Shown: in pieces, positions 11,930 through 23,712 of the stretch
Numbering within the stretch: the stretch's first letter is position 1
Layout: each line of letters opens with the position of its first letter
Source of the DNA: Octopus bimaculoides
Lineage: Eukaryota
Direction of reading: 5' to 3'
NCBI RefSeq assembly: GCF_001194135.2
Contig: NC_068985.1
Location: forward strand, 22,421,066-22,485,065
DNA: 64,000 nucleotides
Position numbers and translations under genes: made by a program
Notes under the pieces: generated by a model
Told to the model about the DNA's origin: nothing
Database searches by the model: none
Seen by the model: only the letters and a program-made list of their open reading frames with translations

Positions 11930-12420
11930 AAAAGAAGGCTACTTAATGCTGGAAGTTACATGATTGCATGGTCTCCTCATGGTTTGCCCTCTCTGCAATT
12001 ACATAGGACTTGCACCAGATGTCCTCATGTACCACACATCTGATAGTGGACCTCATCGCATTGATCCATTTGTGATGGCTCACGACGACCCACAAGACCT
12101 GTTAATGGTAATGCCCTGGACTTGCTGGTTAAACTCCGCTATCCTGATGATGCCTGACCATTGACAATGTTCTTTGTCTTGGGCACAAATGACACATTCT
12201 CAGCAGAATCCTCCAGATATTTTATAACTCTGCACACAAAAGGATTTTGCTATAATCAAGAAACTGGCAAACACCAAGTCACTGTAGTTGGCAGCTCTGA
12301 ACATGCTATAACAGATCATTTCTTGTGTCAGATGGGAATCTGTATTGTCAATGCTACTGATACACCTGAACAATTCAAAAATTATTTTTGGTGCATGTTG
12401 TATATCACAAATGAAGTTCT
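11930..12420 (-). mobile_element. Possible highly decayed Tc1/mariner transposase remnant
   Basis: Minus frame QVLWVVVSHHKWINAMRSTIR weakly resembles the Tc1 pattern RLLWARRHQRWT.AQW.TVLF. Many stops; weak support. Confidence 0.3.
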
Positions 12421-13428
12421 TTATTTTAAGTGGTTTAACTATGTTCCTCTGAACAGGTAACCCTTGGACTTATTCTATCTACCAGTGTGTGTTCATACAC
12501 ATACATACAAACACATATACACATACCACTCGTAATTCAAAACATGTTGAAATCTAAAATGACAAAAATAAAAGAAGATCAATTACTATATCTCTTAATG
12601 CTGTCTTTCTCAGAAAAGTAATAAAACAATAAGAAAATGTACACCTACAAATGACACAAATAACAGGGATTGGGGGGATGGAGTGTGTGTGTGTGTGGGG
12701 GGTAGTAGATTTATTTGTTCTATCAATATTCTTTATCGTTTTTATTTCAAATGAGTAAAATGAAACATCTGCATATGTTCTTGAAACCTGTCTTTCTAGC
12801 CACATATTATTTATCTATATTGGCAAATCATCATCATCATCATTGTTTAACATCCGCTTTCCATGCTGGTATAGATGGGACAGTTTGACATGGAGCTGGC
12901 TAGCAGGGAGCTGTCCAGACTCCAGCTGTCTGCTGTGGCATGGTTTCAATGGCTGGATACCCTTCCTAACGCCAAACATTTAGCAGAGTGTGGTGGGTGC
13001 TTTTTACATGCCACTGACACATGTCCATTTACGCAGCACCAGCACCGGAAAGAACAAGCCTGTATGTGTGGAAGATAGTGATTTTACTTAGCTTGATGTG
13101 TCTTCAAATTGCTACATCTCTCAGTCCCTTGTTATTTCCTCAGTGAGGCCCAGTGTCTGAAGATCCTTTCTCACCATCTTGTCCCACAACTTCCCTCCAC
13201 AATTAGAGCTCAGGACTTCTTTATGCAACTATCCTCATTCATACACATCACATGATCAAACCAGTGGAGTCTTCTTTCGTTGCACACAATATCTGATGCC
13301 TCTTATACCCAGTTTCCCGCTTAAATCATTTACACTGTTGTGCATGCACACAGACATTACCCATCCATAAAAAAAAAAAGCTTACTAATTAACAAGACAA
13401 ATTAGAAATACATGCTGCATGTACTTAC

Positions 13429-13541
13429 TGACATAAATCTCCTTCCTCATCCTTAATCTTAAAGTGTACAGGCCATCGAGAATCCACTCTCAAATAACAT
13501 GTGGCTCCAGGGTTGATGCGGGCAGTTAATCGTAGTTTACA
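13429..13541 (-). CDS. HGSNAT: HGSNAT luminal-domain exon (CKLRLTARINPGATCYLRVDSRWPVHFKIKDEEGDLC/Q)
   Basis: Acceptor tttttcag| and donor |gtaagt; 113 nt, phase 0 to 2. In frame with both neighbours; starts with Cys like the equivalent human exon. Confidence 0.8.
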
Positions 13542-13739
13542 CTGAAAAATCACAACAATCAATCATTCAGTTATATTGCTATGCATAAAAATAGCATGTC
13601 CTCCTAGGTAATATTGTACGGCTTTTGTAGCAATTGCTTTCATGCTGTCTTAAATAATAAAAATTCTTGTACATGATATATAATTAAATGGTAATTACTA
13701 ACAACATGGGTCTCAATTTTTCATGAGCAATAAAATTAA

Positions 13740-14370
13740 AAACCCAATGACATATATGACAGCGCTATTCAAGAGAAGATTTGCGTTTTCAAACTCGGAA
13801 CTGAGAAAACTGATAAGGAGGATACAGGAAGCGGTCGAAAAAGCCAGCTTCTATATATGGCTGAAGCGGGAAGACCAAATATGGCTTGAAAGTCATAACA
13901 TGCCTAGGTGAGACAGGCTGACACTGAAGTGGCTTTGTGCCCTCCATTGTCAGTTAAAGTTTAGACAGTGTCATGTGACAACTTGCTGGGGCTGCCTGCT
14001 GGAGCCTAGCAGCAGGTATAAAAAAGGGGAATTTGACAGGACAATCAGTCGGACACTGACACTTGTTGATGCTGCATCGAAGAGGCCAGGGAATAGAAGA
14101 AAGAAGACATGCACCCAACACCAGAGCTGAAGACACCTCTGAAAGGGGGGGCCCCGCCACGTCAAAACGGTAGAGGAGTAGGGGCCGAAACTGGACGTGG
14201 TTCCTCCTGATGATGTCTTGAGCTAACTGGATCCTATAAAGGAGCTGTTGTGGTAGCAGACCACGAAACATGGTTGAAATTCCTCCTATGAAACACAGTT
14301 GACTTAATGGCCACTGACCACTCCAACCCATACAGCTGCTACAACTACATGTCAAATCACTCACAAATCT
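13740..14370 (+). mobile_element. 3' end of an RLE-type non-LTR retrotransposon (HERO/NeSL-like) plus GC-rich 3' UTR
   Basis: LRKLIRRIQEAVEKASFYIWLKREDQIW matches the C-terminal A(E)KAS.WIW.KR...W pattern of restriction-like-endonuclease elements. Confidence 0.55.
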
Positions 14371-15149
14371 TCACCAGAATGACACTGTAATATAAAGTTG
14401 ATATGAACAAACAAAAGCGAAATACACAATAAAATAAGCATATGACAAGCCACATTCATATCCAAATTCTGTTGTGTATCTAAGTATATTCCATTGAATA
14501 TAAAAAAAAAAAAGACTTGTTCAACAACGAAGAGCCTCTTAACTGTTTCTATGCAGTTGTCAGTCATTCAGAAGCATGTTAGATAATAATATTAAGTAAA
14601 ATTTCTCAGTTGCCACTCTTTCATGCCACATAATTTAACTTTGCACACTAGGGTGTGCAGGATGTTTCCAAAAGAGTCAGAAGTTTAGCATATCCAGATG
14701 CAAAGGGGAAATGGATAGCCAAGTCAAAAAATTACTGAATAAACAACCACGATTCCAATATCTTCTAGCCTTTGACCAGTGAGTGATATGATGTGGCCAC
14801 AAATTACTTCATGTAGGTGTTGTAGTATGTGAAGGCACATGGTTCAGTGGTAAGAGCACCGGGCTCACAATCATGAGGTAGTGAGTTCAATTCCTGGAGC
14901 AGGCCATGTGTTATGTTCTTGAGCAAGACAATTTATTTGAAATTGCTTCAGTTTACTCAACTGTAGAAATGAACTGGGTCGTCACTGGTGCCAAGCTGTA
15001 TCGGCCCTTGCATTTCCCTTGGATAACATTGGTGGCATGGAGAGGGGAGACTGGTATGCATGGACGACTGCTGGTCTTCCATAAACAACCTTTCCCAGAC
15101 TTGTGCCTTGGAGGGAAACTTCTAGGATCAATCTTTACCCTTTAGGTGT

Positions 15150-16440
15150 TGTAATGTAATTCACCATGATAAAATTGAGATACTTTTGAAGGCCATAACA
15201 TAAGAATTTAAGACTGGCTGCCCATTGGAATTCCTCTATGCTGATAACTTGTTCTTATAGATGAAACTGCAGTAGAATTAGAAATGAAATTCCAAGTGTG
15301 GAAGCAAAACCTGGAATCTTAAAGGTAATTTAGCAAAGGCCAAAGTTCTAGATGGGTAAATGGCCCTGTTCTATATGTTGAAAAGGAGTAGGTACAAATT
15401 TCATATGGTGTACTCAGTACAAACTATGGTTACACAAGAGACAGTAAAATCACAAGAACAGAGAAAATAGAATTTGTCAGTAGCAGATTTGCAGGAGTGA
15501 TAAATAATAGGGGCATACAGGAAATAGATGTTCTGGAATGCTTATTTCTTGAAGGTAGTGGAGGAGGATGTGCTGAAAGAATAACTGATAGAATAAGAAT
15601 TCGCTAGAGAAAGTTCAGTGGACTATTACCTCTGTTAGTGACAGAAGGCCTCTCCCTCAGGTTGTATGCTGCCTGTGTATGAACAGTATGCTATATAATT
15701 GTGAAACTAGAGCTGTGAATGCAGAGGATTATGCAAAGACTAGAAAGAAATAAAACTAGCATGCTCCAAGGATGTGCACCATCAACGTGCATGTATGACA
15801 AAGTAAAAATGTGCTGAGAGAAAAATTGGGCATAAAAGGTATCAGATGTGGTGTGCAGGTGAGAAGATTGCGCTTGTATGGTTATGTGATGTGGATAGAC
15901 AAAAGACAGTTGTATAAAGAAGTGCCAATCGCTAAATGTGGACAGAGTCTGTGGTAGAAGACTCGGGAATATGTAGAACAAAGTGGTGAAGACTGACCTC
16001 AAAATATTGAGCCACTCAGAGGAGATGACAATGAACTGAGTTAAATGGTGATTTACTGTGTTTGAGAAGATCCATCCATCTCAGCAGAATCAAGGTTCTG
16101 TCAAGCTTTCTCCAACAATTCATCTTCTAACACCCATTCTGCCATCATTATTCTGTGGCACCCTATTTCTTCACTTCCCCTCCATTCAACTGTTATTCTT
16201 TGCATCTAACCCATTCCCTATCTCTAATCATCTGTCACACTTTTCTCACATAGAGCACCAACTGACACATCCACCTTTTTCTACTCCTCTGTCCTATACT
16301 GTTTCTCACATCCACCTTGTACCTTAACCTTACATCTCTCTCTCACTTTCCAGATGGGCAAGGCATGTATTCACAACTTCAGCCTTACCCTGACCCTAGT
16401 TTCTTATCCCTCAATCCTATACCTCACTCAGTTAAAGGGT
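15150..16440 (+). mobile_element. Old RTE LINE fragment with pyrimidine-rich 3' region
   Basis: Degenerate equivalents of RIRIAWRKF, LLPLLVT and EKLGIKGIRCGVQ. A related 3' region occurs at about 2500-2920(-) and 25070-25500(+). Confidence 0.7.
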
Positions 16441-16490
16441 CTTGTCTTCCAACAAAATTCAAATTGAGAATAATAAAACTGAGCACTAAC

Positions 16491-16648
16491 TTTCCAACAT
16501 TCTGCACTTTGAGAAAAGAAAGACAATTCTGTTGTGGATTCACTTTCAATTATTATGTTGGCTGTGTTGACTTTAGGCTTGAGTGTTTCATTTCTACAGA
16601 TAGAAACTTTTTCCAAAGACTCATCCTCAAGAGCAAATATACATTGAC
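16491..16648 (-). CDS. HGSNAT: HGSNAT N-terminal exon (QCIFALEDESLEKVSICRNETLKPKVNTANIIIESESTTELSFFSQSAECWK)
   Basis: Acceptor cttttccag| and donor |gttagt; 158 nt, phase 1 to 0. KVNTANIII...SAECWK-C resembles human KMDQALLLI...KSECCYH-C. Confidence 0.75.
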
Positions 16649-17639
16649 CTGGAAAAGAATTTAGGAAAAAATATATTAAAACTAGAATTAAGAAAAGAAA
16701 ATAATTTGAAAATAGGTTATCAGATAATTTTCATGATGTTCTTATGGTATACTAAATTAGCAAATAGATTAATGGTTACAGAGGAATTTAAGTATTTGAA
16801 CAAGATTTCCATAAAACATTTTTCATGCCCAGATATCTCCATCAGCCTTTCTCGTTTTCCTGCTGGGGTACCCATGTTATCTCCTCTTTAGCAATGTTAA
16901 CTTTACACCAAATATACTGAGTGGAGAAATTTACTGACTAAGAATACTGATTTATTTTGATTATGCATAAATGGGAAGATTTTATCAAGCTGAATTTACA
17001 GGACTTGAACTCAAAATTGAGAACAAATCCAAGAACACTAAAATATTTAGTCCAATGCCTCAACCATAGGCACAGCCTTTTTTGAATGTGTACATTAAAT
17101 ACATAACTTATAGTTGTTTTGGAATGAAAATGTCACCCGATTCTCAATAAGCTTAATGAAATAAATTTTGAAACAAAAGCACAAAACATTTAAAACATGT
17201 GAAATCATTTACATAAACACCAAAAGTATTAATCAATATGAATAATTTATCTAGAGAATGAGACATATGTAACATCATTTTACACTATAATATTAGTTTA
17301 GATAGAGCAAAACTAATTTCCATTCAAAATCAAATGAGATACAATTAAATAAAAAAATATTCTAATGTCATCAATTTATTTCTCCAATGAATTGACAACA
17401 TCAATATTATCATAGTTGATTTCACTGGTAATGTTAAGAAACACTTGGACAGATACAACAGTGTAGTCATGGTACAAGAAATGAAGAGTGATCAAGGCAC
17501 TTGAATTTCAGTGATGCAAACGCTCTTATCACTTGTAACTGAAACTGGTCACTTACACTGAAGGTGGGTATGCATGCAAAAGTGATCTATAGCTGGTGAG
17601 GAATTTTATTTATTAACATAGTTTAATGGTCAGTAGTCT

Positions 17640-18450
17640 TAATTTGAGGATGAGAAAGAAGACTCAGAAGACAAAAAACATGTATGAGAAGGAATGCACA
17701 GAAGAACTATGCACTAAATAACCTTTGTTATGCTGATGACATTGTGCTGGTTCCTACCAGAGACTGATTGACAAAGTTAGTCTAGTCTTTAGTAATTTTC
17801 AACAGGAAGTCAGCAGCAGAAAGACCATGATCATAGCAACCACCAGGAAACCAGAGCAGCTTATATGATGATGGCAGGTAGGGGCAGGGCCACACTATCC
17901 CATGTTGACAATTTCAAGTACTGGGGCGCTACCCTTGACTAAACAGAGTACTGCAGCCAGGAAGTCAGAGCACGACTCAGTACAGAAAGATCATTTCTGA
18001 GGTCACAAATACAATATGGAGAGATTTCACTCATTAAAGCATAATTATGAAACTTCTGAAAACTTTGGTCAGTAGCATTGTATGTGTGTGAAGCGGGACT
18101 TCTTAAGGTAGCTAACAGCAAAAGGTCGAGGCGTTTGACACACCATGCTATACAGATGAGTGCTGTGGTCAGTTGGGCAGTTCCAATGATTCGGTGATTC
18201 AGTTTTGGATTAAATGGGAGCAGACTGAAATCTGGTAACAAAGGTCAGTCAACAAAAAGTAATATTTTAGCCAAGTTAACTGGATCCAGAATGTCTGTAC
18301 TCACATACTCAAGTGCTGGGTGGATGGAAAATGGGTTCATAAGCAACAAAGTTGGTGTGATGACATTAAGGATTGGACAGGGATGATCTTGGCAGAGTGT
18401 ACAGCTTCAGAACCAAACTGCAGGGTGTGGTGAAAAATAGCAGTTGTGTC
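17640..18450 (+). mobile_element. Decayed non-LTR retrotransposon RT fragment (RTE-like, different subfamily)
   Basis: aataacctttgttatgctgatgacattgtg translates to NNLCYADDIV (RT YADD motif), followed by KTMII and VDNFKYWG. Confidence 0.7.
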
Positions 18451-21400
18451 TGAATCACCAGACCCTCAGTCACCAAGATGTAAATATTCCTTCATTTAGA
18501 AGTAGAAAACTTGAATACAGTAAATAGCTAGACATTCCAAAAGGACATTTGGTCAACATTTGAGGTTGTAGTAGGGTCCCATTAGACATGAAAAATGATG
18601 TGGAATATTACAGCATAATCTGTCATAAGATCTAAGTGACAGGTCTATATAAAAAAGAAAGCTAAGACCAATATCAAATATAGAAGTTCAGTAAAAATGA
18701 GAGAGAAATAAGGTGAACATGTTCTATTGGATTTGATGTTAGTCAGCATGGCAGAGAACAAGTAGTCAAAGAGAGTAGCTGAATATAAAAACCATTATCC
18801 CAAGTGTGTAGAAGTGACTATACAAGTTGTTTGTGATGAAATAAATTGATAAATGAAAAAATAAAAATAAAAAATTAAAGTCTGGAAGAGAAAAATCAAG
18901 GAAGATTTTGTTTGTGAGATCTTGAATAAATGGGTCTTACAAGAAGTGTTAAAAGACCAAGATGTGCTTGAGGCATTTTACAGATCTGTACAATATATAC
19001 CAACATGGAAAAAAACATACATTATGATGATGATAATTAATATTTACAGATGATACTAAGATATTTTTATCTGTGTAGTGTGCTGCATTGAAATTAGCCT
19101 AGTATATATTCTTAATTTAAATTTTACAAATAACTTCTATTTTATTATTTTCAGTGATATTTTTGTAGATGGTGAGATAATATACATTTTCAAGCTTCTG
19201 TGATCACATTCTACTCTTGCATCATCCAGATTTGTAACAATCATCTGGGTATTTCATTGCAAAATACCACTAACAAAGCACTCCTGCAGAATATTGCTCC
19301 TTGTCCGACTTGATATTTAACACACTACTGCCAGTTTTCAATAGAAAAAAAATTATATAAGAATGTAGGAGACAGAACAAAAGGGTTTATGTGATTTCTT
19401 TCTAAAAGATACCTAAAGCATAAATATACCAAACAAATGTAAACATACAAAAATTAACTAATCTTAATTAGTTGTATTAATTTTATTAGTGAAGGCATAT
19501 CATATTCTAAGGAAATAGATTCAATGATAAAAATGGAGGAGGAGAAAGCTTACAATTATAGTAAATTAGCTTCCAGGTAACTGCTAAGTTCAGGCATGGC
19601 TATGTGGTGAGTAGTCTGGGTTCAGTCCCACTATGTGGCACCTTGAGCAAGTGTCTTCTGCTATACCCCAAGCCTGACCAAAGCTTTGTGAGTGGATTTG
19701 ACAGATAGAAACTGAAAGAAGCCCATCATGTATATCTGTGTTACTCTTTCCTTGTCTAGACACTGCATGATGGTTGTAAATGAGTGTGTCTTTTCCAATC
19801 TTCCATGGAAACATGCCTGGTTGGGGGGGAAATATTACCTTATGTAACATGTGAGGGTTGGTGACAGGATGGGCATCTGACTGTAGAAAATCTGTGTCAA
19901 CAAATTCTGTCAGACCCATGAAAGCAAGAAAAAGTGGATGTTAAAATGATGATGGTGATAATCATTTCAAACCCACAGGGAACAACTTTTATAAAAACTC
20001 AGTTGATATTATACTCTAAATATGTGAACAGATGAGATACAGAACAAATATATTTAGAAACTATGCCATAAAATAAAAAAAGAGGAAATTACAAAACTTG
20101 TTTCTAATTGAAGACAAAAATTTATGTAACAAAATTATAGAAATGGAAGAATATGTTAGTGGCATAGACAGGGAGCAGCAAAAACAAAAGGATAAAAGTA
20201 AATTTTAAACAGATGGACAGAATACATTGGGAAATGCTTTAGAAGTGAAGCTAAACAAACTGTGCCCTTAGAATACAAATAACCTTCAACGTATTATAAT
20301 AGCTGAACCAGGAATAAAGGAAAATAGCAAACATAACGAAAGAAATATAATGAACTCACAAACATAAAATGAAATATGAAATAGCAAAAGTGATAAAGTA
20401 TTTCATTAAGAATATTGGTTTCAAATTTTTGGCACAAAGCCAGCAATTTTGAGGGAGGGGATAAGTCGATTACATCAACCTTAGTTTTTAACTGGTACTT
20501 AATTCATCAATCCCAAAAAGGTGAAAAGCAAAGATGACCTTAGTAGAATTTAAACTTACTACCATTATATACTAAGAAGATATTTTAACTATTTTTTTGT
20601 TTTTTATGCATGCATGGTAGTCTCATTTTCATAAAATGTGCTCAGCAGTCCATGCTATGTAAGTAAAAATCCCAACACTTTATGGGTTAAATGTTAAGAG
20701 CAAAGACCTTTGACTCACTATAAATAGGACTGAAACTAAATTAAAGTTGAATCAAATTTATTCTACCAGCTCATTGCTGGTAGAATCATTAATCTTTCAG
20801 AGAACATTCTTAGAGGCATTTCTTCCAGTTATTTACCTTCTGAGCTTGAATCCGACCAAGATCAACTATGCCTTTCAGGGTCAATAAAATAAAGTACCAG
20901 TCAAGTACTAGGGTCAATGTAATCAACTCACCCACTCCTCACAAAATTGCTGGGCTTCTGCCAAAATTAGAAACAATTGAGTGAATATTAAACAGTGACT
21001 ACATGTTTACTTATTTAGTTTGTATGACCCATGTGTTTTGATTTGACTGACTTTATCAGATCACATTCTGCAATCTGATATAGTTGTATAATAGTTATAG
21101 CTATACAGTTTACAGAATGTTGAAATTATTTTTGTTCAGATCATTTTCGTAAAAAACTCCATGATGATGTAAGAGTAAAACCAGCGACTAGCCAAATAAA
21201 CTGGGAACATCAAAAGAACCCCAACATGGTCGTTTAATCAGTTAGAAATAGAAGCCAATTCTCCTACAAAGTTAACTTTACTGAATTGAAAATGTATTGT
21301 ATAATATAGTCCTAGATACACAGAAGATGTAATGGTCAAGTCTGAAACACCACTTATAGGACTCCTTAATCAGAGCTGACTTAGAGTTAAACAACCAACA

Positions 21401-21974
21401 GAAGTCTTTAGAGTTGCATATTTTAAGTTATATATTTTGCCTAGAAGCACAAAACAGAGACACTAATAAGGTTTAAAAAACAGCAACATAATATCACAGG
21501 CAATGTCTCTCATAGTTACATCAAAATATGACAGCCTTAAAATAATTGGAGAAATGATAACAGAACTGTGCAAAAAAAAAGAAAGAAGTTAACTGATATA
21601 TAACTGTAAGAACAAATTAAAACATTTCCTTTTACTCAACTGACTTACTAGATAAATATAGATAAGTCAATAAATATAATACTTTCAGGAAATGAATTGT
21701 TTCAATTAGAATCTCAATAATTATCATGAGAAGATGTTATAAAAAGGAATTAATGTATCTAGCTATGAACTAATGCAGCCCAAAACATTTTCTCAGTAAC
21801 ACTTGTCTTTTGTTCAATGCTCTAATGATTCTGCTAATCAACCATGTTAGAGATGAATTTTTTTTTGTTAATTTTCATATTAGTTATTGGATATTCTTTT
21901 ATATATTTTGTAGATGTTAGATAAATTTTTTTATTGAAAATCAAGTTGTATACAATTTCTCTTACAAATTTTAC

Positions 21975-22074
21975 CTGCTTGAACATGGAAACAACAAGAG
22001 AGAAAAGATGGTATAGAGACAATGAACTTGGTCAACATTGACAATACTAGACCAGCAGAGAAAACAATTATCAT
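21975..22074 (-). CDS. Candidate first coding exon of HGSNAT (MIIVFSAGLVLSMLTKFIVSIPSFLSCCFHVQA/G); unverified
   Basis: ATG at 22074, 100 nt, ending in a strong donor CAG|gtaaaa in the phase 1 that the next exon requires; hydrophobic. No homology support, and other candidates exist (donors near 17552 and 22430). Confidence 0.25.
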
Positions 22075-23404
22075 GAGGATGGAGACAGTTTGCACCTATT
22101 ATGATGCAAATCACTTATCTCTTAACCCCTAAGCCATCTCTTTTGTACAGGCTACACTATATTCATCTTCCCTCTGAAAGGTGATGCCTGCATTATGTAG
22201 AATCATTAATGTAGTTCTCAGGGAGACTCAGCCTCATAGAATATGACAAGGCTGGTCCCTTTGAATTACAGCTACAACTCATTTTTGCCAGCTGAGTGGA
22301 CTGGAGCAAGATAAACCTTCAAGTGGTTGGAAGAAAACAAAAAAATGATCTTATGTAGGGGCAGGAAAATCTTTTCAGTTGTTAGGGTCACTGTGGATGT
22401 TAATCCAGTCCTAACAGCAGCATTTGTGGGTCTCACAGATCTGGAGGCTAAGGCCCAACATAAACACCAATGTGCAGGCTGTTCTAATCAAACTGAGCGC
22501 AAGTCGAGGGCAAATACATGACGGAATAGTAATTATTTCGTCTTAGCTTTCACTGCTCATCCGAAACATGATATTTCTGCCTTATGAAATGGAACGTTTC
22601 CTTTCACTTAAAAAATGACACTCCGTCGGTTCCAATTTATCTGATCAACGAAAAAAATCGGTTTGTAAAATTAACTTGCAAGTGGCTGAGTACTCCACAG
22701 ATATGCATACAATAAGGTAGTTCTCAGGGAGATTCAGCCTCACAGAATGTGACAAGGATGGCCCCTTTGAATTACAGCTGCAACTCATTTTTGCCAGCTG
22801 AGTGGACTGCAGCAAGGTGAAGTAAAGTACCTTGCTCAAAAACACAGCACGCCACAGGGAATCATACTCGTGATTTTACAATTGTGGGCCAAATACCCCT
22901 AACCACTAAGCCACGTACCTTCACTCTCTTAACCGTAGAGTAAAGGATTGAAGTGACAGAGACAGAGAAAGGAAAGCCTCAGTCATATACAATGACAATG
23001 AGACTGAAATATGATCTTTTCTAGCTTCTTTGTTTTTAACAATGAAAATGACATTTAGTAATGAATGGAGGGAAAGCCTTTCAGGTGTTTACATTTTTAT
23101 TCTGAGAGTTCTAGAACGATCGACTGTTAGTTCTCTCTTCTTTCTCCCACTCCTGGTACTTATTCGCCTTCTTTCATAAGTCTTCATGTCTTTTAGTTGG
23201 GGGGGGGGAGACTGTTTTTTTTTCAGGCACGTTTAATGTTTTCTCTATAAACTACAACCCCCACTTTTTTTTTTTTCATACACAAACTAATTCGAGCAGG
23301 GTAAAAACTGTGAAAAGAGACCAGAAAAATGGGTAATATCCCTTAGAAAATGGGTTGGGGAGAAAAGTTGCCAACAGGTGGCTACACGAAATTCAACTCT
23401 ATAC

Positions 23405-23712
23405 TTTAAAGAGTATCTTCTACTGTCGCCTCAGGCCGACTAAAGCCTCGTGAGTGAATTTGGTAGACGGAAACTGAAAGAAGCTCATCATATATTTTTT
23501 TTATGCGTGTGTTTGTGTCTGTCCCCCACCACCACCATTGTTTGACAATTGATGTTGGTGTGTTTGCATCCCCGTAACTTAGCTGTTTGGCAGAAGAGAC
23601 CAATAGTATAAGCAGCAGGCTTACAGGGAATAAGTCCAGGGGTCAATTTTTTGACTAAAGGGCGGTGCTCCAGCATGGCCACCATCAAATGACTGAAACA
23701 AGAATAAAAGAA
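23405..23712 (+). mobile_element. Abundant octopus-type SINE; copies at about 19585-19930(+), 28400-28775(+), 40757-41085(+), 41465-41827(-), 45480-45630(-), 46070-46940(+), 51935-52275(-), 52725-53060(-), 55790-55940(+)
   Basis: Shared core ccaaagccttgtgagtggatttggtagacggaaactgaaagaagccc, a microsatellite, and the tail ggtgctccagcatggcc...aaatgactgaaacaagtaaaaga. Confidence 0.85.

Noticed and set aside
14120-14230. Hammerhead ribozyme (CTGAAGA/CTGATGA and GAAA boxes present)
   Set aside because: Stems I-III cannot be arranged around the boxes with canonical spacing.
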